DNA of 64,000 nucleotides from an uncultured Spirochaetota bacterium (GCA_963781885.1 CAWAHW010000004.1:704001-768000), one strand, 5' to 3'; positions 36,101 through 47,880 are shown, counted from the first letter of the stretch. Notes: generated by a model from the letters alone, not told the origin. Numbers and translations are program-made.

Positions 36101-38549
36101 GCTCATTCCTCGCGAGACGGACGCCGATGATTTTGACCTGATGATGCTGGATCGGGAGGTCGCAATTCTCCACCCCGAAGAGCATTCCGCTCAGGTTCCC
36201 GCCAGCGCGCGAGAGAAGCTTGAGCGGGAATTCAAGGACGAGCGCCTCGAGATTCCGAACACCCTAGTCTGCACCCCGACTCTGGAGATGGGCGTTGATA
36301 TTGGGAGTCTTGATTGCATCCTGATGCGCAATATGCCGCCCTTGCCCGCAAACTATTGGCAGCGCGCTGGAAGGGCCGGGAGACGTCACAGGATTGCGGT
36401 TGATATCACCTACGCCCGACCTGCCAGCTTCGATCAAGCTTACTTCAAGGACCCCCTAAAGTTGCTTATGGGGACCATTGATCCGCCGAGTTTTAACCTA
36501 CGGAACGAAAAGCTCATTGAGAAACATGCTCACTCAGCGGTGATAGGATGGTTCCGAAAGACGGCTGAGGATCGAAAGACTTCTGCTGATGGCCGAGCAC
36601 GCAGTACTAGAAACCCTTGTGACATCATTTCCTTCGAGGACTGGCGACTATGTCTTTACGGATGATCACATCGACATGACGCCCCGCGATTTTTCCCCCT
36701 GGCAACCCTTATAGCTGAGCATCGGACGCAGCTCCTCGGAATGCTCGAGCATACATTTACGGATACCTGGCCGCCTGAGGATGCAGAATCCGTCACGGGA
36801 GGGGTTCTTGAATCGGTGCTTGATGCTATGGCTGAGGCGCTCAGCGAAACGGTTCGAAGGCTTCTGGAGCGAGTTGCCTGGGCAAGGCGGGAATTGGATC
36901 GAATCAATAGCGCATTCACAGACACCGCGCTCTTCGATCCCATCGATAAGGTCATCAAGTACCGCCTGGAACGATTCCTTGCTCAATTGCGACCAGGCGC
37001 TAGAAATCAGAGTACCGACTTCATCTCGGAGGATTCATATACCCTTTCCTATCTTGCCCTTGAGGGATTCTTGCCTGGATACGGCCTGGACACAGGCACC
37101 ATCCTTGGAGAGTACTCCTCTAGCGGCGTAGGGTTCTCCCGAGCGTTATCCATCAGGCGAAGTCCAGCAGTCGCACTCAGAGAATTTGCGCCAGGTAACC
37201 TGCTATACGCTTTGGGAAGCAAGTACATCCCAAGGCGTTACCATCTCGGTGATAAGCCGCCTCTCTCTTTCAATTACGACCCGGAGACATCCGCAATCGT
37301 GGAGGAGGGGCAACCCGACAATTCCTTTGCGGCACAGGTTGCCGGGCAGATCTACAGCCTGGAGCTTCAGGACACGGAGATCCTTCACTTCTCGACAATC
37401 AGCGATGAAGAGGATTACCGGTTCTCTATGCCGTCGGAAATACTCGGAATGTCGATGGATTCACATGAAGGAGGCGCTTCGTATCGTTCGGGTATCCGGC
37501 AATTACACCTACTCAAAAACTACCAGTTCCGCCTGGTGAATCTCGGGCCGGGAATGCTGGTTGACGGCTCCGATATTTATGGTTTCCCAATATGTCGTGC
37601 CTGTGGTTACAGCACTTCGCCATATTCTTCCGACGCGGAGAAGAGAGCTTTCTGGGAGAGGCACTTCCAGAAGTGCCAACAGCCGCCTGGCATTCCCTAT
37701 GCACTTCATATCGAGGGCTTGGCCGATGTCCTTCTATGGCCGGGATTCAAAACTCCCCTTGATGCCTATAGCACGGTAGAAGCCATTCGCAAGGGCGCCG
37801 CGGTTGTGCTTGATATGGAAGAAGATGATCTTCAGCTCCTTGCCTTACCGCAAGGAGGCGAGTATACGATGATGTTCTACGATCCGATGCCTGGGGGTTC
37901 AGGACTGCTGAACCAGATAATAGCAAAGTGGGAACTCGTTCTGCGAGCTTCCCTTGTGATCGTAGAGGAATGCCCGAGCCGTTGCGAGACTGCTTGTATC
38001 GATTGTCTGTATTCGTACCGAAACAGCCAATACCATAGGTTCCTCGATAGGAAGAAGGCGGCTGACCAAATAGGGGAAATGCTCCAAGCGGGAAAACTTC
38101 AATTTGAGATGGATATCCCGCAGAAGATACCTCAGGCCAAGGGCGGCGCCCAACCTCTGAACAATCCGGAAGCACGTCTTCGCAAGTTACTCATCAAGGC
38201 TGGCCTACCAGACCCGGAGGCCCAAAAGACCATCACGCTCGGAGGAGGCCTCGGAGCAACAATACCGGATTTCTACTACCATTCGCCGAACGATCAGATC
38301 GAAGGAGTCTGCATCTATCTCGACGGCATGCACGGGTCCATCCATGGAAATGATTTACAGGCCAAACTGGATGCGCGAAAGCGAAGCGGTCTGGAGAGTC
38401 AAGGATACATGGTCGTCGTCATTACATTCACGGAGCTTGCCGATCGAGACTCATTAAGTGGAAAGTTCTACAGGATCGCACGCGCCTTGATCGGAAAAGC
38501 GGAGGCTGATCGCATTCGGAATTCAAAATATTGGTTTGAGCAAGAGTAG
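33123..38549 (+). CDS. Large DEAH helicase with DUF1998 Zn domain and C-terminal Vsr/PD-(D/E)xK-like nuclease, YprA/DrmAB-like (frameshifted)
   Basis: TGTGSGKTE, YPMNALA, FDEAH, TPTLEMGVDIG, QRAGRAGR, YDPMPGGSG..C.C..AC..CL and IPDF..YLDG.H motifs. Confidence 0.88.
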
Positions 38550-38627
38550 GCGGCGGATGAGTGGTTGGACGTGGACGGCAAAATGGGAAGTAAATGAATG
38601 AGGAGAATGTTATACGCCAAGTTGGTC

Positions 38628-39686
38628 CTACTCCGTCGCCCCGTAGCGCTTTAGAAGTGCGATCATGACAGCGGATTTGGCATAGTCGAGCGGCGTCTTC
38701 CCGGTGGCGTCTTTTGGCTGAACCTTGCAGCCCGCCTGCAGGAGTAGTCTGGCGGCGGCAAGGTTTTCCATGTCTGCCGCTATATGCAGTGGAGTGCGCC
38801 CAGCGCCGTCAACTCCGGAGACTAGCGCACCATTCTGGAGTAGCGCCACCAACACTTCAGTGGCGAAGTCCGTGCCACGGATAGCTTGATATGCGTGCGC
38901 GGTTGCGTATACGGCCAGATGGAGGGGCGTGGTATACCCCAACAGCATGCTGATTCCGGGAAGGTTTGGGTTTGCTCCGTGTTGAATCAGCATTAGCAGC
39001 GTTCGAGAGGTATCCGCAGTGAATTGCAGGACATCTAGGACCGCAATCAAAGGCGTCTTTCCGTCAGGATTTGCATAATTGACCGGGACACCCAATTCCA
39101 GCAGCTGTTCTACCCTGGGCGCGTCGGCTCGGTCTGCATAATAGATCAGCCTAAGCCGCATAGATTCGTTCTGGGAGACTCCGACCGCGCCATGCTGTGT
39201 GAGTAGGGTAATGATCTTTTCGGCTCCGCGCTCCGTGGCCAGTTGGATTGGGCTCATGTTGAATGAGTTCCCGATGAGTGCATTCGGCCATGAGGTGGCA
39301 CTGGCTCCGAGATCCAGCAGCGCAGCTACGATGTCGGGTTTGTTGGACGCTATTGGGAAATAGAGAATCGTTGAGTCTACCGCCTGAAGCTTGACTCCAT
39401 GCTTGGCCAGGTACTGGATCGCCGACACCTCTCCCGCGTACTGTTCGAGGTTGCGCTCGTAAGAAGCCGTCAGGACAAGTGAACCGATGACGGACATGCC
39501 ACCGGTGCTGCCTCCGGCTTCCACGTGGTTGACATCTCCGCCCGCCTCGACGGCTACTATTATGGCATTGGCGTCGAAGGCATCGTAGGACACTGCGCGG
39601 ACCAAGTTTGCTGTCTGTACATCTTGCGAAAAGCCTAGGGAACACGACACGAGAAGGAATACGAATATGGTCATTTCCTTGCCCAT
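38628..39686 (-). CDS. Secreted ankyrin-repeat protein
   Basis: Signal peptide; GKTPLI, TTPLHLA, GRTPLHIAA and GKTPLDYA repeats. Confidence 0.88.
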   Translation of the reverse strand: MGKEMTIFVFLLVSCSLGFSQDVQTANLVRAVSYDAFDANAIIVAVEAGGDVNHVEAGGSTGGMSVIGSLVLTASYERNLEQYAGEVSAIQYLAKHGVKLQAVDSTILYFPIASNKPDIVAALLDLGASATSWPNALIGNSFNMSPIQLATERGAEKIITLLTQHGAVGVSQNESMRLRLIYYADRADAPRVEQLLELGVPVNYANPDGKTPLIAVLDVLQFTADTSRTLLMLIQHGANPNLPGISMLLGYTTPLHLAVYATAHAYQAIRGTDFATEVLVALLQNGALVSGVDGAGRTPLHIAADMENLAAARLLLQAGCKVQPKDATGKTPLDYAKSAVMIALLKRYGATE

Positions 39687-40233
39687 AGGATCCCTCCAGC
39701 ACAGCAGTTTTCGCCCAACGGGACGACGCAGTCTTCTTGGCGCATAACATGTGGATTGAGTTTTTTTATCATCATCTCTGGCTATTAACCCATTTCGCAC
39801 CACATTCGTGCCTTCCCTAGGGCATTACCTCTGCAATATTGTCCCTTAATTAGTATCATTTTGGCAAGATACCACTATGCTTGGTCGAACTACTTATGTA
39901 TCCGGCTCTGCACTCTTTTACTCTGCGCGACCGTGACTCTGCCTAGATTCTACTGCTTTGTCGATGAATCCTAAAGAGGGAGGGGTTGGGCACAGAGGAC
40001 GATAATAGGCTGCAGGGCAGAGTTCGCATGCAAACAAACCTGCTCGTGGCGGGCCGCAGACGTACGATCTCGGGCTCTGCAGTGTTGGGCATGCCCCCGA
40101 ACAGGTCCTTGACCGCCTTGATACTTCTTGGGATGCATAAGGGCTGGTCTGCATACAAACTTGGGAAGCACTCGGCCAAGACAGCAAATCTACGTGTCGC
40201 AGCGACTATTTTCCATACATATTCCTCCCCCAC

Positions 40234-40683
40234 CTATGGCATGCCGCCTTCCGACTGCGGCACGTCCGGACTCTGCGGCGTCCAGTCCGCCGCCGCATTT
40301 CCCTGAATCATCCGGTCGTTCTCATCCTTGTACGCCATGATGATAACAGCCCCCACACACTCAGCACCGAAGCTCACATCGCGCTGCTCTTTCGCCTTGA
40401 ACACCTGCCGCAACTGGCCTTTTGTTTCAACAGTCTTATTCGACGCCGCATCAAAATGCTTGCCTCGGACATCCCAGACGGCCGTTACAGAATAACCGTT
40501 TGAGTTGGACCACACTTCCCGCGCGGCCGTATCCGCTCGCACGAGTTTCATTCCGTACAACTCTTTTACGGCCGGGACGTCGCCCGCCGCGGTCGACGTC
40601 GACTGCGCCCGGCCAAGCTGCACAACGCCAAGCAAAAGAACGGCAAACACTGCCGCTGCTATCACACTGACATTTCTCGACAT
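40234..40683 (-). CDS. Secreted hypothetical protein
   Basis: GGGGAG RBS; signal peptide MSRNVSVIAAAVFAVLLLG..AQ. Confidence 0.65.
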   Translation of the reverse strand: MSRNVSVIAAAVFAVLLLGVVQLGRAQSTSTAAGDVPAVKELYGMKLVRADTAAREVWSNSNGYSVTAVWDVRGKHFDAASNKTVETKGQLRQVFKAKEQRDVSFGAECVGAVIIMAYKDENDRMIQGNAAADWTPQSPDVPQSEGGMP

Positions 40684-40766
40684 AACACTCCCCCTGTCGC
40701 AAACAAGTATATCATTCCTCCGGGCCTCCGGTGGAATGAACGTGGGGAGCTCGAGCGGCAACAATC

Positions 40767-41030
40767 TTAGTTCATTCGCGCCCGTCTCTCCCGCTCAACG
40801 ACCGCAGCGGTCTCGAGCTTCTTGAGCCAAATTACGGCTTCGCGCAATCCGACAATGCGTCCGTCACGAAACCGCCGCCGCTCTCGGCTCATCCTGGCCG
40901 GTGTCGCCAGCTGCAGCCGCAGCCATTCTTGCAGGCCTTCAATCGCCGGTGAGTACTCTGACCTCACCTTCGAGCGAGACTCGCTTCCAGAGATCAGCAT
41001 CCGCGTGCGCGCACTTACAGCGTCCTTCAT
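40767..41030 (-). CDS. Small basic hypothetical protein
   Basis: GGAGG RBS before MKDAVS. Confidence 0.45.
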   Translation of the reverse strand: MKDAVSARTRMLISGSESRSKVRSEYSPAIEGLQEWLRLQLATPARMSRERRRFRDGRIVGLREAVIWLKKLETAAVVERERRARMN

Positions 41031-41937
41031 TTCGGGATCCTCCCTGCGAACTAGTACGGCGTATCTGTTCGTTTGACTTGACCCCACCGCTCTCCCGCCA
41101 GGCGCGAGCTCGCGTGCCGATCGAGGACGTCGGCGCGCTCGATCGGGCCAGGGCGAACACAGTACGCACCCCCGCCCACCGCTCCGCTGCCCCCCACGCT
41201 CGGGGTGCGCCCCCAGGACCTCGCGCGGCCGTCCCCTCCCGATCGGCCGCGCCCTCCCCAACACCAAGACCGCACCGATCGGGCTGCAGCCGGTCAGCTG
41301 CCCTGCAGGGGAAACGCGTCCCGCTGACCGCACGGCCTGCCCTGCGGGTGTTCTATGCACCCTCGGTCAGTCCGTGCGGTGGCCATCGGTACACTCGCGC
41401 AGCGGGCCTGACAGCGGCCGCCCGGGTGGCTTCGCCTCGAGGCGGCCACGTTTTCAGGGGGTAGCTGTACAGGGGGGAGGCCCTGAAAACGCGCTGCAGC
41501 CCCGCCACGCGCGTCCCCTGCAGGAGTTTCTTCGAAACAACGCCCGATCGGCGCTCCAGCGTCCCCCTTCCCCCTCCGCGGGGGAGACATTCGCCGCGTG
41601 GACGCGCGAGGGCTCCGCGCGCTCCGCGTTCTTGCTCCGCAGCTGGGATCCACCCCCACCACCACCCTCCCGCCGCCCCCTCGCAGGGGTGCTCCACGGA
41701 AAAGAGGATCCCGGATCCACGATCACAGCTGGCCAGCCGGCTTCACCAGGTTCGGGGGATCCCCGGGCGAGATCTCCAGGACCAAGAGGGCGGGTGAAGG
41801 GGTGATCGCGCGGAGGTCTCCCATCGGAGCGGAAGACCGACGATGCGCGGGTGTTCGACGTTCGACGACCGAGAAAGAGGCGGGTGATGCCCTTCGGGCA
41901 TGAAGAAAATATTAACACAACTTTTACAATTCCCTAC

Positions 41938-41966
41938 TTGACATATTGCCGACCGTGGTCTATATT
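41938..41966 (+). promoter_or_regulatory. Sigma70 promoter
   Basis: TTGACA-N17-TATATT upstream of the sigma-like gene. Confidence 0.7.
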
Positions 41967-41987
41967 TATGACACGGAGGATGCAAGA

Positions 41988-42776
41988 ATGAACAACGAAG
42001 AAAGGGAACAGACAGAACGGTGCGGCATGACTTTTGAGCAGGCTGGATTGCAGACCTACCAGTACGGCCTTCGCAAGAGTCGCGGCGACACCGACAAGGC
42101 GGCTGACTTTTACCTTCGCATGGTGCCGATGATTCGCCGAATGTTTGACCGCTACATCGACAAGGGCGCCCCTTTTAGCTCGTACTTGTTTCGTACTTTG
42201 AAATGGCAGTGGTATAGCTTTGTCACGGAGACGGCTATGCGGCAGAATCAAATAGCCGTTGCAGACACCGCAGAAGCGTCGCACAACACGCCGCCCCACG
42301 AGATTGCCGAAGCCGTCCAGCCCCGCATTGATTTGAAAAAGACCGGCGCAACGGAACGGCGTGGCCTGTTCTACCTTGCTCTGTCACTTCCTGAAATCGA
42401 CAGCGACAAACTCGCCGAGATTTCCCGGGTGTCTGGCGTACCGGTCAAAGAGATAGTGTCCCATGCGGACGCACTCACGAAGGACTACGCTCGTGCAGAT
42501 CGTTTCCGCGCACGCAGAGACAAGGCTTTCGCACGGCTTCTCGCGATTGACTACCGCATTGCCGACGAAGTTGACCCCGAAAAAAAGGCGCGGCTGGCGA
42601 AGGAGCGCGACGCGATAAGGCGCAGACTGCACAAGGCGAATGAACGGCTTGCCAAAACCAAGACCGCCCCAACTCACGCGGAGATAGCGCAGGAAGTGGG
42701 CGTTCCGAAAGGCACCGTTGACAGTAGCGTTTTCTGGCTCTTGCGCTCCCGCACGAAGCAGGACGCAGAGAAATGA
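41988..42776 (+). CDS. Sigma-70/ECF-like protein
   Basis: Region-2-like FSSYLFRTLKW; C-terminal HTH THAEIAQEVGVPKGTVDS. Confidence 0.7.
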   Translation: MNNEEREQTERCGMTFEQAGLQTYQYGLRKSRGDTDKAADFYLRMVPMIRRMFDRYIDKGAPFSSYLFRTLKWQWYSFVTETAMRQNQIAVADTAEASHNTPPHEIAEAVQPRIDLKKTGATERRGLFYLALSLPEIDSDKLAEISRVSGVPVKEIVSHADALTKDYARADRFRARRDKAFARLLAIDYRIADEVDPEKKARLAKERDAIRRRLHKANERLAKTKTAPTHAEIAQEVGVPKGTVDSSVFWLLRSRTKQDAEK

Positions 42777-42991
42777 AGAAACAGGAGGACTTTATAGCGA
42801 CCGTCTGTGAGGCGGTCGCTATGGTTGAGCCGCAGACGGAACGAGCCGAGCTTTGGTTGACACAGCACTTTCGTCCCGAAGAATTGCACATTGGCTTTTT
42901 GTTCATCGAGCAGAGCCGACTATCCGAACTTGTGCAGTCAATCCTTGCCGCCGAGCTTTCCGTATTCCTCCTTCGGCATCGCCCGTCTTGA
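42773..42991 (+). CDS. Hypothetical protein
   Basis: ATGA overlap with the sigma-like gene. Confidence 0.45.
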   Translation: MKKQEDFIATVCEAVAMVEPQTERAELWLTQHFRPEELHIGFLFIEQSRLSELVQSILAAELSVFLLRHRPS

Positions 42992-43329
42992 CCAAGGCTT
43001 AGTCGAAACAGAACTCCTCCGTGCCCGGGCGCGAGCTGCCGCTCGGCCCTGGTTGTCCACAATCGCGGCTCGGGTGTTTGGGCACCCTCGCGAAAACCGC
43101 TCATGATGGACAACCAGCCCGAGCTCGCGGGCCGATCGAGGATGTCGGCGAGCTCGCCATGCGGACCCTGGCAGTCGCGCTCGAAAATCTCGACGACAAT
43201 CGCGCACAACAGCTCGTCCTAAGTTATTGCAATACCGCTGCCCGACTGCGGGCCAGGCGTTCAGACGAATCGAAAGAACAATTGCCATAATCAGCACCAC
43301 GGTCTATTATTCTGTAAAGGAGACGCTGT

Positions 43330-43530
43330 ATGGCAACCGTGATACTACTTCTCATCATCGCCGTTGTCCTGGCAGTCCGTATTCTGCGCTTTCTACTGAG
43401 AGCTCGTCTGCTCTTGTCGGTTGCTTCCGCGCGGCACCTTCGAAAAACCTTCCGATTTTTCTACGGCGTTCGACGGACGGTCAAATGGAGAAACACAATA
43501 CGCACTTTCAGTGCGGAGGGCACTGTATGA
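43330..43530 (+). CDS. Small membrane protein
   Basis: AAGGAG RBS; hydrophobic N-terminus. Confidence 0.5.
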   Translation: MATVILLLIIAVVLAVRILRFLLRARLLLSVASARHLRKTFRFFYGVRRTVKWRNTIRTFSAEGTV

Positions 43531-43853
43531 TGATTACCAGTCCGCAACTCGCCGATAGACTCGGCAAGTCGCGCAAAACCGTCGCGATGTACTGCCAGAA
43601 ACTCGGCATACCAAAGCTCGGAAGCATCTATGCAATGACGGAAGCGCAGGCCGCCCAGGTTGAGGCAGTCATGCATGAGCGGTCGGGCCGACCGCCTGGT
43701 CCGCAACCATGGATAGCCGAAGGCATTACACGTCAAGCCTGGCACTGGCGACAGAAGAAGCGTGAGCAGCCGCCAGAGGAAGCCACTACGAACCCCAAGA
43801 AAGGAAAAACGGCCACGGCCCCGCAGAAGAAGATCCTGAAACGCAAGAAGTAA
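43527..43853 (+). CDS. Small HTH DNA-binding protein (excisionase-like)
   Basis: TSPQLADRLGKSRKTVAMYC HTH, GRP hook, basic tail. Confidence 0.6.
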   Translation: MMITSPQLADRLGKSRKTVAMYCQKLGIPKLGSIYAMTEAQAAQVEAVMHERSGRPPGPQPWIAEGITRQAWHWRQKKREQPPEEATTNPKKGKTATAPQKKILKRKK

Positions 43854-43937
43854 ATGCTAGGCCTTTTGGGAACGCAATCTGACGAGTCTTGCATAATCCG
43901 ATAGTCGCCTGCGGCCACCTATGGCGCCTTCAAAGAT

Positions 43938-43965
43938 CAAAAAGTATCGCCGGCGATACTTTTTG
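43938..43965. promoter_or_regulatory. Perfect 28-bp palindrome, parS candidate 1
   Basis: CAAAAAGTATCGCCGGCGATACTTTTTG; core repeated at 44194 and 51563. Confidence 0.65.
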
Positions 43966-44193
43966 TCCGGGTCTGAGGGACGTGTAGGACAAGATAAAGG
44001 GTGTAAACGATTTTTCCTAATTCCTTTCTATATATAGAATTGAACTGTTAGCAGACTTTGTTTGTGTTAACAAAGTTTCGCTAAACCTTTACATCATAAT
44101 GAATTGGCTGTTAACACTTGCTTTCTTGTTGTCCGCTCGCTTTCACATCGCTCTATCGATGCTCTTGCTCAAGTTGGAACACCGCCTGGTCGA

Positions 44194-44211
44194 AGTATCG
44201 CCGGCGATACT
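44194..44211. promoter_or_regulatory. Palindrome, parS candidate 2
   Basis: AGTATCGCCGGCGATACT. Confidence 0.65.
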
Positions 44212-44357
44212 CGTTTACGGAAACTCCATCCTGCTCATAGTCGGAAGGAGTTAGGTGATCGGCCCGCAACGGCCCTCCGACAAGCGGACCCGCGTGTTTC
44301 ATAATCATAAGTTGTGCAACAGTCGTAAACCGACGGGTTGACAGGAGGGTGGCCAGG

Positions 44358-45384
44358 ATGACGGAGCAACGTGCCGGCAGGGCCTCCGCGCGAGACTCAC
44401 CTCGAGCGCCGCGTCGCCCAGCTCGCCGGGAGATGCCCGAGATTGCGGACCTCACGCCGGCCAGGTCGACAAGATCGCACAGGGCGTCGTCGTGGACGAG
44501 CTGAAGGCCGAGATGCGGCGGGCGATCGTCGCCGAGCGTGTTGACTGGCAGGCGGAGCGGGAAGCGTTCCTCAGCGATGCCAAGAGCACGCACACGCCGG
44601 AGGCCTACGGCGGGCCCTGGATCACCTCGGCACATGGCTCGAGCTGCACAACCTCCCGGCGGCGAACCTCACACCGCGCCTGGCCGACGATTTCATCCGG
44701 GACATGCGCGCAATGAGTGGAAGGACGCGGACAGCACGCGCCTGGTCGTGTCGGCCTGCAGCTCTTCTTCACATTCCTCGAGCGCCGCTTCGATGAGATC
44801 CGCAATCCCTTCCGGGATCCCGAGCTCGGCCGCGTCGACATGGACCGAGGCGGTGATCCCGACCGCCCGGAGCTGAGGTCCTGGCAGGCGGAGCCCGCCC
44901 TCGCCGCGGCCCTGGCGGTGGCCATCGAAACGGGGCTCCGCGTCGGAGGCCTCCCGGGGCTCAACGTACGGGAGGACGGGACCTGGCACACTGTCTCGAA
45001 GGCGCACCGCCTTCAGTCCGCGGAGCCGCTCTCTGCAGACGTCTGCAGCGCCTTTAGAGTCGCGCGGCTGGATCCCCGCCGGCCGTTTGACCCGGAGAGC
45101 TTCCCGCGAGGACCTGGACGGGTGGACGGAGAGACAAAGGGCAGCCCGGAGCGAGCTCCTCATCGCGTGGCTGAAGACGCGGCTCGCGCGGCTCTGCGCG
45201 CAGCTCCATGACGAGAGGGAAGATCTCCGCGGTCTACTCATGGCACGACCTTCGCCATGCGTTCGCCGAGCGGAACGCCGGCCGCGGCCTGGTGTGGCTG
45301 CGGGACCGGCTCGGGCACTCCAGCGTGAGCGTGACGGAGCGCTATCTGCGGAACGTGTTGAACGTGGACACGGGGAAGATGTAG
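44358..45384 (+). CDS. Second tyrosine recombinase (multiple frameshifts)
   Basis: ETGLRVG, YSWHDLRHAFA and LGHSSVSVTERYL motifs. Confidence 0.8.
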
Positions 45385-45395
45385 CCAGGGCCGCT

Positions 45396-47496
45396 TCAAT
45401 TCCGACCGTTGTCGGGTCGCCAGCCTTCCAGATACTTATCCACCAAAGCAAGGAGTGTAGTATCGTTCGGCTGGCTGATGGCCTTGAGGCGATCCAGTCT
45501 ACATCTGAAATTTTCCAAACTGCCGAACAGGAGCGATCATGGGATCCCACTGGAGCTGTTTGCGAGCGCGGATAGTCCGGCTGTTGGCCCCCTGACTCCG
45601 AGTTTCGCTGACCGCCGATCGCAAGATGGCGAGAGTGAGTTGCGGCGAATCTGGAATCTCGAATGGAGGCTGGCTACCTTCAGACCCTTCTCGCGCAAAA
45701 TGCAGCAAGCGGAAGAGATCCCATTCCGCCGCCAGAGCCTCGGCGGTTGCGCCTCGAATCTCTGCGCGGAGGCCGCGCTCGAGGTCCAGTGCAGCTGCTT
45801 CGGATATGAGCTTGTGCCCCGTCCCGTCACGGTGGCCCACCATGCCGATCAGGTCCAGTTTCCCGGATAAAGCCGCGACCTCTGGCAGTATCTTCCGAAC
45901 CGAGGCTTCAATTGCTTCAGCAGCTCCGGCCGGACCGCACGAGTCGATAGACTACTCGCCCAACAATAAAACGAGAATCGAACTCGAACATTCCAAGGGG
46001 ACGCTGCGGGATGGCAGGGATGATGTTCAAGAGAGCAATCGCTCCGGGTTCAACGTGCTCGAGTCGAAAGTTGTCCTGGAAGGTCTCCAAAGACGCGATC
46101 ACATCCTGCAGGCGCTCCGGGGTCGAGCGAGCGCAAATATTTATCGAATGCGGCCCTTGTCAGCCATCGTGCCAAATGCCTTGCCGGAATCATAGAAAGA
46201 CAAGAGGGATTCGCCAGGAATCCGTTCAATGTAGAGTCCGAAGATTTCTTCGTTTGCGACTCTGCGCGATTGGAGCCACCGGGCGCGGAACTCGCCACCG
46301 TAGTGGATCGCTCCGATATGCCGGTCCGCAGCAAGGAATACTCGATGGATCAGCGAACGAACGACGTATCCCTTATCCCCAGCTTTCTCGATGAGGTAGT
46401 TGATAGACGTCTTTAGGTGCTTTGGATCAGACATGTCTCCGTATCCCCCCCAAGTCGTTGTGAGAGCTTCCGTTGTCGCATGAAGCAGTCCGAACACGTC
46501 CGGCAAGAAAAGACGGATCGCCTCAAGAGCCATTACGTCAGCGAGCTCGATTTGCCCTTCGAGGGCCACCACCGCGCCCTTGACCGCCGCAGCATACTTT
46601 CGAACGTCGCGCATATTCCTTATGAGCGGTTGCACTATCTCCGTGAAGATGTCCGGCCAGAGCGCTTCGTTAAATGGCTCCATTTTTTGACCCGAAAGTG
46701 CGTTGTCTATCGCCGCGAGAGTCTGGCGCTGCAGGACTGCCGGCGGAATAGCGGGAAGGTCAAGCGATAGCTGCAGTATTTTCTCCAGATAGTCACGGCC
46801 TGGGACTCCTTCTTCGGTGAGCGCGATCTCAACCCGCTTCCGATCAAAGGCAACGATGTAGATAACGTTCGGAAAGTTTGCGGTCAACCTGATCAGCCTA
46901 AAGATGTCTCGGAGCTCAGAGGTAGACAAACGGTCGATATCATCCAGAACGACGACAATCGGACGGTTGAGCTTGAGCAGGCTTCTTCTCAAGTCTCGTT
47001 CTTTGGTTTGCGACGCCAGTCGTCATCCGTCCGAAGATCTTGCTTGCCAACTTCACCAAGGCTCCGAGGATGCCGGTCCACGGACCGGCAGGCGAGAGCG
47101 CCTCAACACCTGTGAAGATCTCGCCGTATTCCGCAATTTCCCGAGCGATCGCCTTGAAGCCGGGACGCAGCCGGAGTTGGGTCGTGAGCTCGTTGAAGAA
47201 TGAATCCATAAGCTGTTCCGTGCCGCTGAACATCCACGGATTGAAATCGAGAACAAGTATCCCAGAAGCGTCCAGCTCAATGCGGGCCAAGTTGATGAAA
47301 GAGGTTTTCCGGACCCCCAACTGCCAAGCACTCCGACCACTGCACCCTCATTTGCATCCATGGAAGCGATTTGGCGAGCGAATCGCCGGGCAGAATGAGC
47401 TCTGCCCAGCGCATCATCCTGGAGCCGCCGAATTGGGTTGTCATTCGGAACGATCTTAGCGTCTGTGTTCTTGGGATCCTTGTGAAGGTCGTTCAT
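45396..47496 (-). CDS. KAP-family P-loop NTPase (frameshifted)
   Basis: DNPI..DALGR, GSWGSGKTS, FNPW, VVVLDDIDRL, YLEKILQ and NMRDVRK motifs. Confidence 0.88.
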
Positions 47497-47661
47497 AGCT
47501 TGCTCTCCGCTCCAACTTATTGTGATCCACACTGAAATAAGGCAGACGGCTCCAGTTCAGAGGGGTCGAATCATTTTTCTTCTTTCGAACGAATTCGTCC
47601 CCGACGAGCACACCCTATACCCGGTGAGAGTTTGGTACAAGGGAAAAGCCCCGTCGTCCAG

Positions 47662-47766
47662 CGGCACGCCTTCGCAAAGCAAAACGCCGAGGCGCGGCCT
47701 GATATGGCTACGAGACCGTCTCGGGCATTTCCAGTGTCAGCGTGACGGAGCGCTATCTGCGGGAAT
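47662..47766 (+). pseudogene. Orphan 3' fragment of a tyrosine recombinase, homologous to about 45253-45355
   Basis: Encodes RHAFAKQNA..RGLIWLRDRLGH.SVSVTERYL versus RHAFAERNAGRGLVWLRDRLGHSSVSVTERYL. Confidence 0.85.
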
Positions 47767-47880
47767 TTTCCTAGGGCCCGCGGCGGACCGGCGCCCCCGC
47801 ACGGGTCGTGTGTCATAGGATGAGCTGGTCAGCGCGGGGCTGGAGGCGGGGATCCTGGCGTGCTCAGCGGGAACGATAGC

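Noticed and set aside
44089-44116. dif-like site TTACATCATAA-N6-GGCTGTTAACA
   Set aside because: Only partial match to both Xer arms in AT-rich DNA; not supportable without a model scan.
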